Below, in pieces: positions 1-10,654 of a stretch of DNA of 33,396 nt. Numbering within the stretch: position 1 is the stretch's first letter; every line of letters starts with the position of its first letter. The DNA is from Octopus sinensis. Its lineage: Eukaryota. Both the position numbers and the translations under genes were made by a program. The stretch covers positions 1 through 33,396 of the forward strand of contig NW_021831898.1 of NCBI RefSeq assembly GCF_006345805.1, in the 5' to 3' direction. A model generated the notes under the pieces. The model worked only from the letters and a program-made list of their open reading frames with translations. It did not search any database and was not told the DNA's origin.

Positions 1-1333
1 TAATGGAAGGGACTGCCTAACGCAGCTCCTGCATCACTTTGAGGACATTTTGAGAGCTTTGGGAGAGGGCTCCAACACTGATGTCATCTACCTTGATTTC
101 AGTAAGGCCTTCGACAGGGTCGCTCACACACAAGATCCTATTGAAAAAACTATCCAACATTGGTGTCTCTGGAAAGTTACTGAAATGGATATTAAGTGTT
201 TCCTGACAGACAGATCTCAACATGTTGTAGGTGAAGGGGTAAAATCAAGCCCAGCCAAAGTCAGTAGTGGCGTTCCGCAAGGCAATGTGCTGGGCCCACT
301 TCTTTTCATCATTTACATTAATGACATAATGACATCATCAAGCACAGCAACATAAAAATCTTTGCAGATGACTCCAAGCTACAGAAGGTCATAAATGAGG
401 CGAGTGACCGGACATGCCTTCAGTCAGATCTACTGGCTGTTATCCAATGGGCAGAAAAACAATATGCTGCTGAACGAGGATAAATTTGAGCTAATCCACT
501 TTGGAAAAGAGGATGCCCTGAACCTCCATACTCCCTTCCTTCAGGTGAAACTCTCGCGGCGTCAACAACATCAGAGACTTGGAGTAATTGTGGACAACAA
601 CGTAAGCTGGGCCACTCATATAAACACCAAAGTTGACATGGCCCGCAGAATGTGTTCCTGGATTCTCAGAACTTTCCAGTCGAGAGATATCCACACCATT
701 ATCCTTCTCTTCTCCACTTTTGCCCGACCCCACCTGAATACTGTTGTCCACTGTGGGTCCCCCACACAATACAAGGTATCATAAAAGTTGAAGCACCACA
801 AAGGGCAATCACAAAAAAAGATAGATGGCATGACAGGCCTCGACTATTGGGGTCGACTAGAAAAGCTAAAACTCTATTCTCTCCAACGTCGTCGTGAGCG
901 CTACATCATCTGCATGATGTGGAAAATATTCCATCAGCATTGCCCAAATGATGTTGGCATCACCTTTAAGGAAATCCAAGGCTTGGGCCCCGTGCCATCC
1001 GCCCAAAACAAAATCGCATCTCATCACTCTCATCTCATAACAACAATACGGCACAATTATTTCACCTCAATTGGCCCCGCTCTCTTTAACATTACACCAA
1101 AACACATTAAAACAGAAACTGACCCTATAGGGTTCAAGAAGTCTTTGGACAGATTCCTTCAAGAAATCCCGGATAAACCCCCTACCACCCGGATATGTCT
1201 CTGTAAACAATAACTCCTCTACTTGAGTGGGCCATAGTGCCCAAATTCTGACTTGAAAGACTTCACCAGGTTGCCTATTAAGTTAGACATGGCCTGGGCC
1301 AATATGGCCGAAACCTATCAAAGTATCAAAGTA
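1..1333 (+). mobile_element. CR1/L2-group LINE, family A, copy 1: RT domain, ORF2 C-terminus and 3' tail (runs off the window start)
   Basis: Frame-shifted translation gives YLDFSKAFDRV, SGVPQGNVLGPLLFIIYIND, IFADDSK, YCCPLW, LYSLQRRRERY. It ends in ...ATGGCCGAAACCT(ATCAAAGT)2. It is a near-identical reverse complement of 10563-11891. Confidence 0.93.
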
Positions 1334-2335
1334 TATATATTATATTCCTTCCTCTCTTTCGTCCAATCTTTCCATCCAGCCCTCCACTTCACTTCCACTA
1401 TCTCCACCACCTCTGTCTCCTTCCTCGACATTTCGGTTAGCATTCTTGACTCCACTCTTACCACCTCCATTCACTACAAACACACAGACTCACACTCATA
1501 CCTCAACTTCTCTTCCTCCCACCCAGAACCACCCAAAGCTTTCCATCCCCTATTCCCAATTCCTCCGTCTACGTAGGCTCTGTAGTGACGACCATGACTT
1601 TGAGACTCAGTCTCACGTATGGCTCACCACTTCACCCTACGTGGATACCCCCTCACCACTATCCACACCGCCCTTGCCAGAGCACGGTCCGTGGACCATG
1701 TATCTGCTCTCTCTCCCCGAACCCGCCCTGTAGTCTCCCGCCCTCCCTTTTCCCCTCACTTACCACCCCACGACCCTACGTCTCCAACGCACCATTCTTC
1801 GAGCTTTCCGTCGTCTCCAGTCCGACCCGTCCACTTCACACCTCTTCCCTAACCGACCCCCTCCCCTCTTTCAAACGCCCACAAACCTTCGAGACCTTTT
1901 GGTCCATAGCTCCTTCCCTGACCCTACCTCCCAACCCGGCTCGTTCCCCTGCTCCCGCCCACGTTTGCCGCACTTGCCCTTACCTCTCCAACACCACCCC
2001 CGCCTCACTAGCACCCACCATCGACCCTATCCCATCATCCACTCCTTCACCTGCACCTCCAGCAATATTATCTATTGCATCTCTTGCTCTCTCTGCAATT
2101 CCTTGTACATCGGACAAACGGACGCCGCTTGGCTGACCGTTTCGCGGAACACCTTCGTGACATCCACCTTGCGAACGACACACCGGTCTCACGCCATTTC
2201 CGCTCCACCGTCACTCCTTGCAACACCTATCTGTGTTCGTTTGTCCTTACACAGAGGCCATCCGGATTCCCGTTTGCGCCGTGAACAGGAATTAATCTTC
2301 TCTCTTCGCTCTTATACGCCATTTGGTCTCAACTC

Positions 2336-2632
2336 TCCCCCCTCCTCATCTAACCCCCCTCTCCCCCTCCTCACCTATCCTTTCTCCCCCCGACCCCCAC
2401 TTCTTCAGTCCTTCATCCTTTCACCCCTACTCCCCTTCCCTTCTTCCCTCTTCTCTTCTCCCTCCTCTTCTCTTCCCTCTGCTCCCTCACTCCCCTCTCT
2501 CCCCTCTTCTCTCTCCCCCTCTCCCTCTTTCCTCCTTCATCCCTCTCCTCCCCTTCCTTCTCCCCATCCTCTCCTCTTCACCCTCCCCCTCCCCCTCTCT
2601 TCCCTCCCTTCTCCCCTCCCCCTCTTCTCCCT
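2336..2632. repeat. Polypyrimidine (CT-rich) low-complexity tract
   Basis: Almost exclusively C/T on the + strand. Confidence 0.9.
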
Positions 2633-2990
2633 CACTACACCACATGACTTTACACATCACATCACATATGATGTGCCATACTAATACACACACCAACTAT
2701 ACATACTAATACGTACTAATACATACTAGTACATACTAATACTTACACCAACCCTATACATACACACGTCCAGACCCCCGATACGCACTTATACTCTCTC
2801 ACACACCACACACACACCTATACATACAATACGTACTAATACATACTAATACATACTATACATACACCCCACCATACATACGCACGTCCAGACCAATCCC
2901 ACGCACTGATACTCTCTCATACACACACACACAACACACACCCTTATACATACTAATACATACACCAACCCTATACATACACATCAGACT
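2633..2990. repeat. CA-rich low-complexity region with recurring ACATACTAAT / ACACCAACCCTATACATACAC motifs
   Basis: These motifs recur directly in the sequence. Confidence 0.75.
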
Positions 2991-3161
2991 CCTCCACGCA
3001 CTTTTAGCTGGTCCCTCAACCCTATTATCTCCCCTTATTTCGCTCTCGCGTCTCATGTTTGATCTTTGACCTCTGGCCGAAATCAGATCGCCATGTTGAT
3101 TCGTTAGCTACTGCACGCATTTTTTTCTCTCCTTCTTTCTGTGTTTTTCTCTCTCTGTGTA

Positions 3162-3198
3162 TCTTTCTGTTGAAGAGCGTAGCTCGAAACGTTAAAGA
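3162..3198 (+). ncRNA. Candidate minimal type I hammerhead ribozyme in the Penelope terminal segment
   Basis: TCTTT-CTGTTGA-A-GAGC-GTA-GCTC-GAAAC-GT-T-AAAGA. Stem I is TCTTT/AAAGA, stem II is GAGC/GCTC and stem III is the palindrome ACGT. The core differs from CUGANGA at A6. Confidence 0.6.
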
Positions 3199-3296
3199 CT
3201 TGTTTTATTTATATTTCCTGAGCGCCATACTAATACAATTGTTCGTTTGTTTTCCACCTGCCTTCGTCTTTTGTTTATTTTCATAAAGCTTCCCGT

Positions 3297-3484
3297 TATA
3301 TATATATATATATATAATTATGTATGTAATATTATATATAATGTATGTATGTATATATATATATATTTAATGTATGTATATATTTATATATATATATATA
3401 TAAATGTATGTATATATTTATATATATATATATATAATGTATGTTATATTATATATATATATATATAATAATGTATTATATATT

Positions 3485-3521
<37 letters not shown>

Positions 3522-3901
3522 GTGTATATATTTTATATTTATATATAATGTATGTATATATTTATATATATATATATATTATAATATATATAATTTATGT
3601 ATATATATTTTATTATATATATATATTGTATGTATATATTTATATATATATATATATAATATATAATTTATGTATTATATTTTATATATATATATATTAG
3701 TATGTATATATTTATATATATATATATATAATTTATGTATATATATTATATATTATATATATATAAATGTATGTATATATATTTATAATATATAATGTAT
3801 ATATGTATGTATATATTTTATATATATATAATGTATATATGTATGTATATATTTTGTATGTATATATTTATATATATATAATGTATATATGTATGTATAT
3901 A

Positions 3902-3938
<37 letters not shown>

Positions 3939-4399
3939 TATGTATATATTATATAATGTATATATGTATGTATATATATTTATATATATATATTTATATA
4001 TGTATGTATATATATATAATGTATATATGTATGTATATATATTATATAATATTATTATATGTATGTATATATATATATATATTATATATGTATGTATATA
4101 TATATAATGTATATATGTATGTATATATATATATATATATATTTATATGTGTATGTATATATATATAATGTATATATGTATGTATATATATTATATGTAT
4201 GTAATATATTATATATATATATATTTATATATGTATGTATATATATATAATGTATATATGTATGTATATATATTTATATATATATATATTTATATATGTA
4301 TGTATATCTATATAATGTATATATGTATGTATATATATTTTATATATATATATTTATATATGTATGTATATATATATAATGTATATATGTATGTATATA

Positions 4400-4431
<32 letters not shown>

Positions 4432-4723
4432 CTTATATATGTTGTATATATGTATGTATATATATTTATATAATATATATATATATATACTATATATGTA
4501 TGTATATATATATAATGTATATATGTATGTATATAATTTATATATATATATATTTATATATGTATGTATATATGTATATATGTATGTATATATTTATATA
4601 TATATATTATATTTTATCTATGTATGTATATATATTATAAGTATATCTATATATATATATATATATCATGTATATATATATAATGTATGTATATATATTT
4701 TATATATATATATATATATTTAT

Positions 4724-4757
<34 letters not shown>

Positions 4758-4918
4758 ATATAATGTATGTATAACGTCCGTTCTCCATGCTAGCATGGGT
4801 TATATAATGTATGTATATATATATATATATATATATAATAATGTATGTATTATATTTATATATATATATATATATATATAATGTATATATATATATATAT
4901 ATATATAATGTATGTATA

Positions 4919-4965
<47 letters not shown>

Positions 4966-5266
4966 ATAATGTATGTATATATATTTATATATATATATAT
5001 TATAATGTATGTATATATATTTATATATATATAATATATAATGTATGTATATATATTATATATATATATATAATGTATGTATATATATTTATATATATAT
5101 ATATAATGTATGTATATATATTTTATATATATATATATAATGTATGTATATATATTTATATATATATATAATATGTATATATATTTATATATATATAATG
5201 TATGTATATATTTATATATATATAATGTATGTATATATTTATATTAATATATCTAATGTATGTATA

Positions 5267-5299
<33 letters not shown>

Positions 5300-5514
5300 T
5301 GTATGTATATATATATCTATATATAACTTATGTATATATATTTATATATATATATATATTATCATGTATGTATATATATTTATATATATATATATATATA
5401 TGTATGTATATATTTATATATATATATAATGTATGTATATATTTATATATATATATATATATATATAATGTATGTATATATTTTATATATATCTATGTAT
5501 GTATATATTTATAT
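3297..5514. repeat. AT-rich compound minisatellite block 1, unit approximately TAATGTATGTATATATATTTATATATATATA
   Basis: Tandem variable-length units. A sub-block at about 3760-4600 uses the variant TAATGTATATATGTATGT. Confidence 0.95.
4772..4801 (-). mobile_element. 30-bp fragment of the RTE 3' terminus embedded in the minisatellite
   Basis: TAACGTCCGTTCTCCATGCTAGCATGGGTT matches the RTE 3' end at about 18878-18907 with 2 mismatches. Confidence 0.8.
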
Positions 5515-8500
5515 AGAGGAAGAAAAGAGAAGTAGAGAGGAAGAAAAGAGAAGTCGAAAGGGCCTACACTCTCATTGCACCACACATGGCTTTGCTAAGC
5601 CAAGTCCTCAAGGTGGACAAAGACAAAGAGAGAGAGATGGAAACAGGAAACACCAACCACAGAGTGTCAAAAAATGACACGCCCACTGCCACAGTCGAAG
5701 AAGGCAAGCAGGGCAAACACAGACAGCGGCGATGGGGAACGAAAATAACCACCCGATGAAAAACCTATGCAGAAAGGAACCAGTGGACAACCATCCAACG
5801 GAGGAAGAAAAAACAGAGAGGAACTGGGGACAAGAAAACCCAGATAACATGCAAATTCTTCCGGAATGGAACCTGCTGGCATGGAGAAACAGAGGAAGGA
5901 TGCAGGTTCGCTCATCCCATCCCAGGCCCTATGGAAATTGCGTCAAACCCACTCGACCCAATGCCTTAACCAAAACCAAGACCGAAACCAAAACCAGAAC
6001 AAATACAAGCTGCCCCAGAAATATGCAGACATAGTGCGTAATGCCCCAACAAGGAGAAGGGCGCACATCTGCAGAGGAAATGCAGACGGCGGCAGCAGAA
6101 CAAAGAAATTTTGTGTGAAATAGCAGAGAAAATTGTGGGACAACTGGCCTGGATACATCGTCTTCAGAGCCAGGGGCACTCACAACAGCACTCAAGACCA
6201 CCACAATCAAGGGACCCAGGGTGGCCACCGCTGACACCAGCCCAGGTGCCACACCGTCAGCCTTTATTGACACCCCAAATATCTCACCAGTGCTTCTGCT
6301 GAATGTCAGAGGTCTGGTGAAACCCACTAATATGAGTAAAATTCCTTACCTTAGGGACTTAAGCACAAGCAACCATGCAATATGCATAGCACTGACTGAA
6401 ACGCACCTATCAAGCAGTATAGCAGATGCAGAAATACACATACCAAAGTATACTGTTTTTCGGTCAGACAGGAAGGAAAGAACTCATGGTGGGTTTGCCC
6501 TGTACGTCCGTGAAGATGTCACACCCATAGTACTGTTGACACACTCAAACTTAGTCTGTGACACACTGATAGTACACATGAAAACAACCGAAAATAGTAA
6601 TATGTGTCACATATCGGCCACCAGACACCCCTAGTCATGAAGGAGTGTTTGAAGATAGCCTCAGAAGAATAGAAGAAGTCCTGGACAACACTGGACCAGG
6701 TAACACCATTCTACTGCTGGGAGATTTTACCTTCCGAAAGTCAAATGGCCAGATGGCCATCTCCCTGGAATGACATCACTTGAACAGAGACAGACAGAGT
6801 CCTTGTTGGCTCTCACACGCAAGTTTTTCATGGAACACAGCAGTGCTTCGGCCAACAAGAAGTGAGAATGTCTTGGACCTCTGTTTCACAAGCAACCCGA
6901 TGCTCATCCACAACATAATGGTAACACCAACAATTCTCTCAGATCACAACTTAGTAGAGGTAATGATATATGGTATGAGAGAGTTAGTTGAGACGCAGCC
7001 ATTAGAAAATACCACAGGCCTATCCAGTCTAAACTTCCATAAGGCAAACTGGAAGAAGATCAACGAAGAGATCCGAAAACATGACTGGAGTGACGTCATC
7101 ACCACACAAGACACCACACACATTTCCAACATTTCATGACAACAATACAGAACATATGCCATAAGTTTGTCCCGGAGAAAAAAGCCAGCAGGCATAGGAA
7201 CGTTATTCCCAGAGACAGGAAAATACTTATGAGGCGAAGAGCTAAGCTCTCGAAGCAACTGAATGCACGGCAGAGAAACAATGAGGGACTCCACCTGAAA
7301 CTTTTTGAAACGGAAACTGCACTCAAACTTTCCTATGAGGAGAGGGGCAGAGAGAGAAGCCAGGGCCATAGAGAATATTAAAACAAACCCTAAAGCCTTC
7401 TTTAAATTTGCGAAAGAAACCACCTCGGTACACCTGCAAGATGGCCCACTCTTTGATAAAAAGGGCTCTCTAACTGAGGACCCCCAGGGATAAGTGAAAT
7501 ACTAAAGGAACAGTATAAAAGTGTGTGTTCACATCCCCTCTGGGGCACATGCAAATCACAAACCCAGAAGTTTTCTTTGATGCCACAACACTCCAAAACC
7601 AACACAACCATCGACCACATAGAGATGACAGAGAGGGATGTAATATCTGCCATAGAAGAAATGAGAATAACTCAGCTGCTGGACCAGATGGATTCCCAGC
7701 AGTCCTCCTAAAAGCATGCAGGCATGCCCTAGCGGGACCACTGAAGAAGCTCTTCAGTGGTTCCTTGGCTAACGGTAAACTGCCCAGGGCGCTAAAAGAA
7801 GGCACCCTATGCCCTATCCACAAAGGAGGGAGTAGAGCAGAGGCCAAAAACTACAGGCCAGTCTCCTGACGTCACACATAAGTAAGGTCATGGAACGAAT
7901 CATCAGAAAAAAACTGATCACGTTCCTCGAAGAAACTAACCGTCTCACTGACACACAGCATGGCTTTCGCCCAGGAAGAAGCTGCCTTACGCAGCTGTTA
8001 CAACACTACGACCTGGTACTGAACAACTACTGGATCGCTCACAGGTGGATGTGGTATATCTCGACTTGCGAAGGCCTTGACAAAGTCGACCACGGAGTGA
8101 TATGTCACAAATTACTCAGACTCGGCATAACAGGAAAAGTAGGTGAGTGGATACATGACTTCCTGAAGGACAGAAGCCAGATGGTTGCAGCCAATGGAGC
8201 CCTCTCGGGAAAGACACCATAGCAAGCGGGGTGCCACAGGGCACAGTCTTGGGACCCTTGCTGTTTTGGTGGCGCTCTCTGACATGCCCTTGGTAGCACA
8301 AACAACATCCCTCACTAGCTATGCTGATGACACAAAGGTAGCACAGGCAATCAAAAACCCAGTTGATGCTGACCTTTTACAACAAGATCTGGATGCCATA
8401 TACAAATGGGCTGAAGACAACAACATGCAATTTAATGCTGGTAAATTTCAAGCCTTACAATATCAAGCTGTAAACACATATACATTACAACCAACTATAC

Positions 8501-9305
8501 TGGTCCAGGAGGGATCGAAATCCCAGTATCGAAATCAATACGGGACCTGGGCATAGACATGAGTGACGATGCATCTTTTATCTTTTCTTCACACATCGCG
8601 AAGGTGGCGACAATGTGCAGACGACTCACTGGCTGGATCCTGAGGACATTCCGGAAGAGACTGCGAGACCATGTTGACACTATGGAGGACATTTGTCCTA
8701 AGCCGCCTGGACTACTGCTCCCAACTGTGGTCACCGGCATAGTGTCAACTAACCACAGAGCTTGAGACAATCCAAAGACATTTCACCAAGAGGATTTCCA
8801 CCATGAAAAAAAGAACTATTGGGAGAGGCTTAGGGAACTCAATTTGTACTCCTTGGAACGAAGACGAGAGAGATATGCAGTGATATACATATGGAAAATC
8901 CTGGAGGGACTAGCACCAAATTTTGGAATTGAGAGCTGTTCCAATCCCATCCCCGTACAGGACGTCACTGTGTGGTGCCAAAGGTCCCGTCTTCCACATC
9001 CAGGGTAAGGAGCAGATACTGTAATAGCCTGGGGTTCAGGGGCCCTCAGCTGTTCAACAAACTGCCAAGAAAACTAAGAGATCTACATGATGCGGATGTG
9101 GACATTTTCAAAAAAACATCTAGACAAGCTGCTTTCCGGGATCCCAGATGAACCCACTGCAAGGTACGAAGGTAACCTAAGGGCAGCAGCTACAAACTCT
9201 CTCTTAGCTCAGTGGCCAGCCATGGCAAACTGGACTTAGAGAGGGTAGCAACAAGGGCGGTGCCCCAGCATGGCCTCAGCCGGATGGCTGAAACAAGTAA
9301 AAGAG

Positions 9306-9307
<2 letters not shown>
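5515..9307 (+). mobile_element. CR1/L2-group LINE, family B: ORF1 remnant with CCCH finger, APE endonuclease, RT and 3' tail; many frameshifts
   Basis: ORF1 has CKFFRNGTCWHGETEEGCRFAH (5850-5915). APE has LLLNVRGL, IALTETHL, FRSDRKERTHGG, PTRSENVLDL and SDHN. RT has KGGSRAEAKNYRPVS, QHGFRPGRSCLTQLL, YADDTK and LYSLERRRERY. It ends in ATGGCTGAAACAAGTAAAAGAGTAA. Confidence 0.92.
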
Positions 9308-9340
<33 letters not shown>

Positions 9341-9433
9341 GTATGTATATATATTTATATATATATATATAATGTATGTATTATATATATATATAATGTA
9401 TGTATATATATTTATATATATATATATAATGTA

Positions 9434-9467
<34 letters not shown>

Positions 9468-9977
9468 ATGTATGTATTTATATATTTATATATATTATAA
9501 TGTATGTATATATATTTATATATATATATATAATGTATGTATATATTATTTATATATTATATATATGTATGTATTATCTATATATATATATATATATAAT
9601 GTATGTATATATTTATATATATATATAATTTATGTATATATATTTATATATATATATAGTATGTATATATTTAATATATATATATATATATAATTTATGT
9701 ATATATATTTATATATATATAATGTATGTATATATTTTATATATATATATATATATAATTTATGTATATATATTTTATATATATATATAATGTATGTATA
9801 TATTTTATATATAATAATATATATAATGTATGTATATATTTATATATATATATATATAATAATATATATAATGTATGTATAATTTATATATATATATGTA
9901 TAATGTATGTATATATTTATATATATATATGTATAATGTATGTATATATATTTATATATATATATATATAATGTATG

Positions 9978-10008
<31 letters not shown>

Positions 10009-10051
10009 AATAATGTATGTATAATATATATATATATATATATAATATAAA
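9308..10051. repeat. AT-rich compound minisatellite block 2
   Basis: Same TAATGTATGTATATAT(TT)ATA unit and same orientation as block 1. Confidence 0.95.
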
Positions 10052-10396
10052 CGTTCGCCAGCCTCGTCTGGCACCTGTGTCGGTGGCACATAAAAAAAAA
10101 AACACCATCCGAGCGTGGCCGTCTGCCAGCCCCGTCTGGCACCTGTGTCGGTGGCACATAAAAAACACCATCCGAGCGTGGCCGTCTGCCAGCCTCGTCT
10201 GGTACCTGTGTCGGTGGCACATAAAATCACCCACTACACTCTCGGAGTGGTTGGCGTTAGGAAGGGCATCCAGCTGTAGAAACACTGCCAGATCTGACTG
10301 GCCTGGTGCAGCCTTCGGGCTACCCAGACCCCAGTTGAACCGTCCAACCCATGCTAGCATGGAAAGCGGACGTTAAAAAATGATGATGATGATGAT
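10052..10396 (+). mobile_element. RTE LINE 3' UTR only, with internal ~60-bp repeats and (GAT)n tail
   Basis: Near-identical to the reverse complement of about 18864-19140, which is contiguous with an RTE ORF. It contains CCATGCTAGCATGG and ends in (TGA)5. Confidence 0.88.
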
Positions 10397-10520
10397 AATG
10401 TATGTATATATATTTATATATATTATATATATATATATTATATATAATGTATGTATGTTATATATATAATATATATATATAATATATATATCATGTATGT
10501 ATATATATATATCATGTATG

Positions 10521-10555
<35 letters not shown>

Positions 10556-10562
10556 ATATATA
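10397..10562. repeat. AT-rich minisatellite block 3
   Basis: TAATGTATGT/TCATGTATGT + (TA)n units, same orientation as the other blocks. Confidence 0.85.
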
Positions 10563-10654
10563 TACTTTGATACTTTGATACTTTGATAGGTTTCGGCCAT
10601 TATTGGCCCAGGCCATGTCTAACTTAATAGCACCACCTGGTGAAGTCTTTCAAG

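Larger units (their letters stand above)
1345..3296 (+). mobile_element. Penelope-like element, 5'-truncated: RT C-terminus, GIY-YIG endonuclease, low-complexity 3' region and terminal (pLTR-like) segment
   Basis: Pieces read SVSFLDI, YKHTDSHSYLNFSSSHP, SIPYSQFLRLRRLCS, a Cys linker (FPCSRPR..TCPY), NIIYCISCSLCNSLYIGQT, RLADRFAEHLRDI and REQELIFSLRSYTPFGLN (coding about 1345-2335). The terminal segment carries a hammerhead-like motif and abuts (TA)n. Confidence 0.88.

Noticed and set aside
2323-2709. P/L/S-rich ORF extensions
   Set aside because: They are translations of the polypyrimidine tract.
5515-5554. 19-bp direct repeat AGAGGAAGAAAAGAGAAGT as a target-site duplication
   Set aside because: Both copies lie at the 5' end of LINE B rather than flanking it. 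It is a local tandem duplication in purine-rich sequence.
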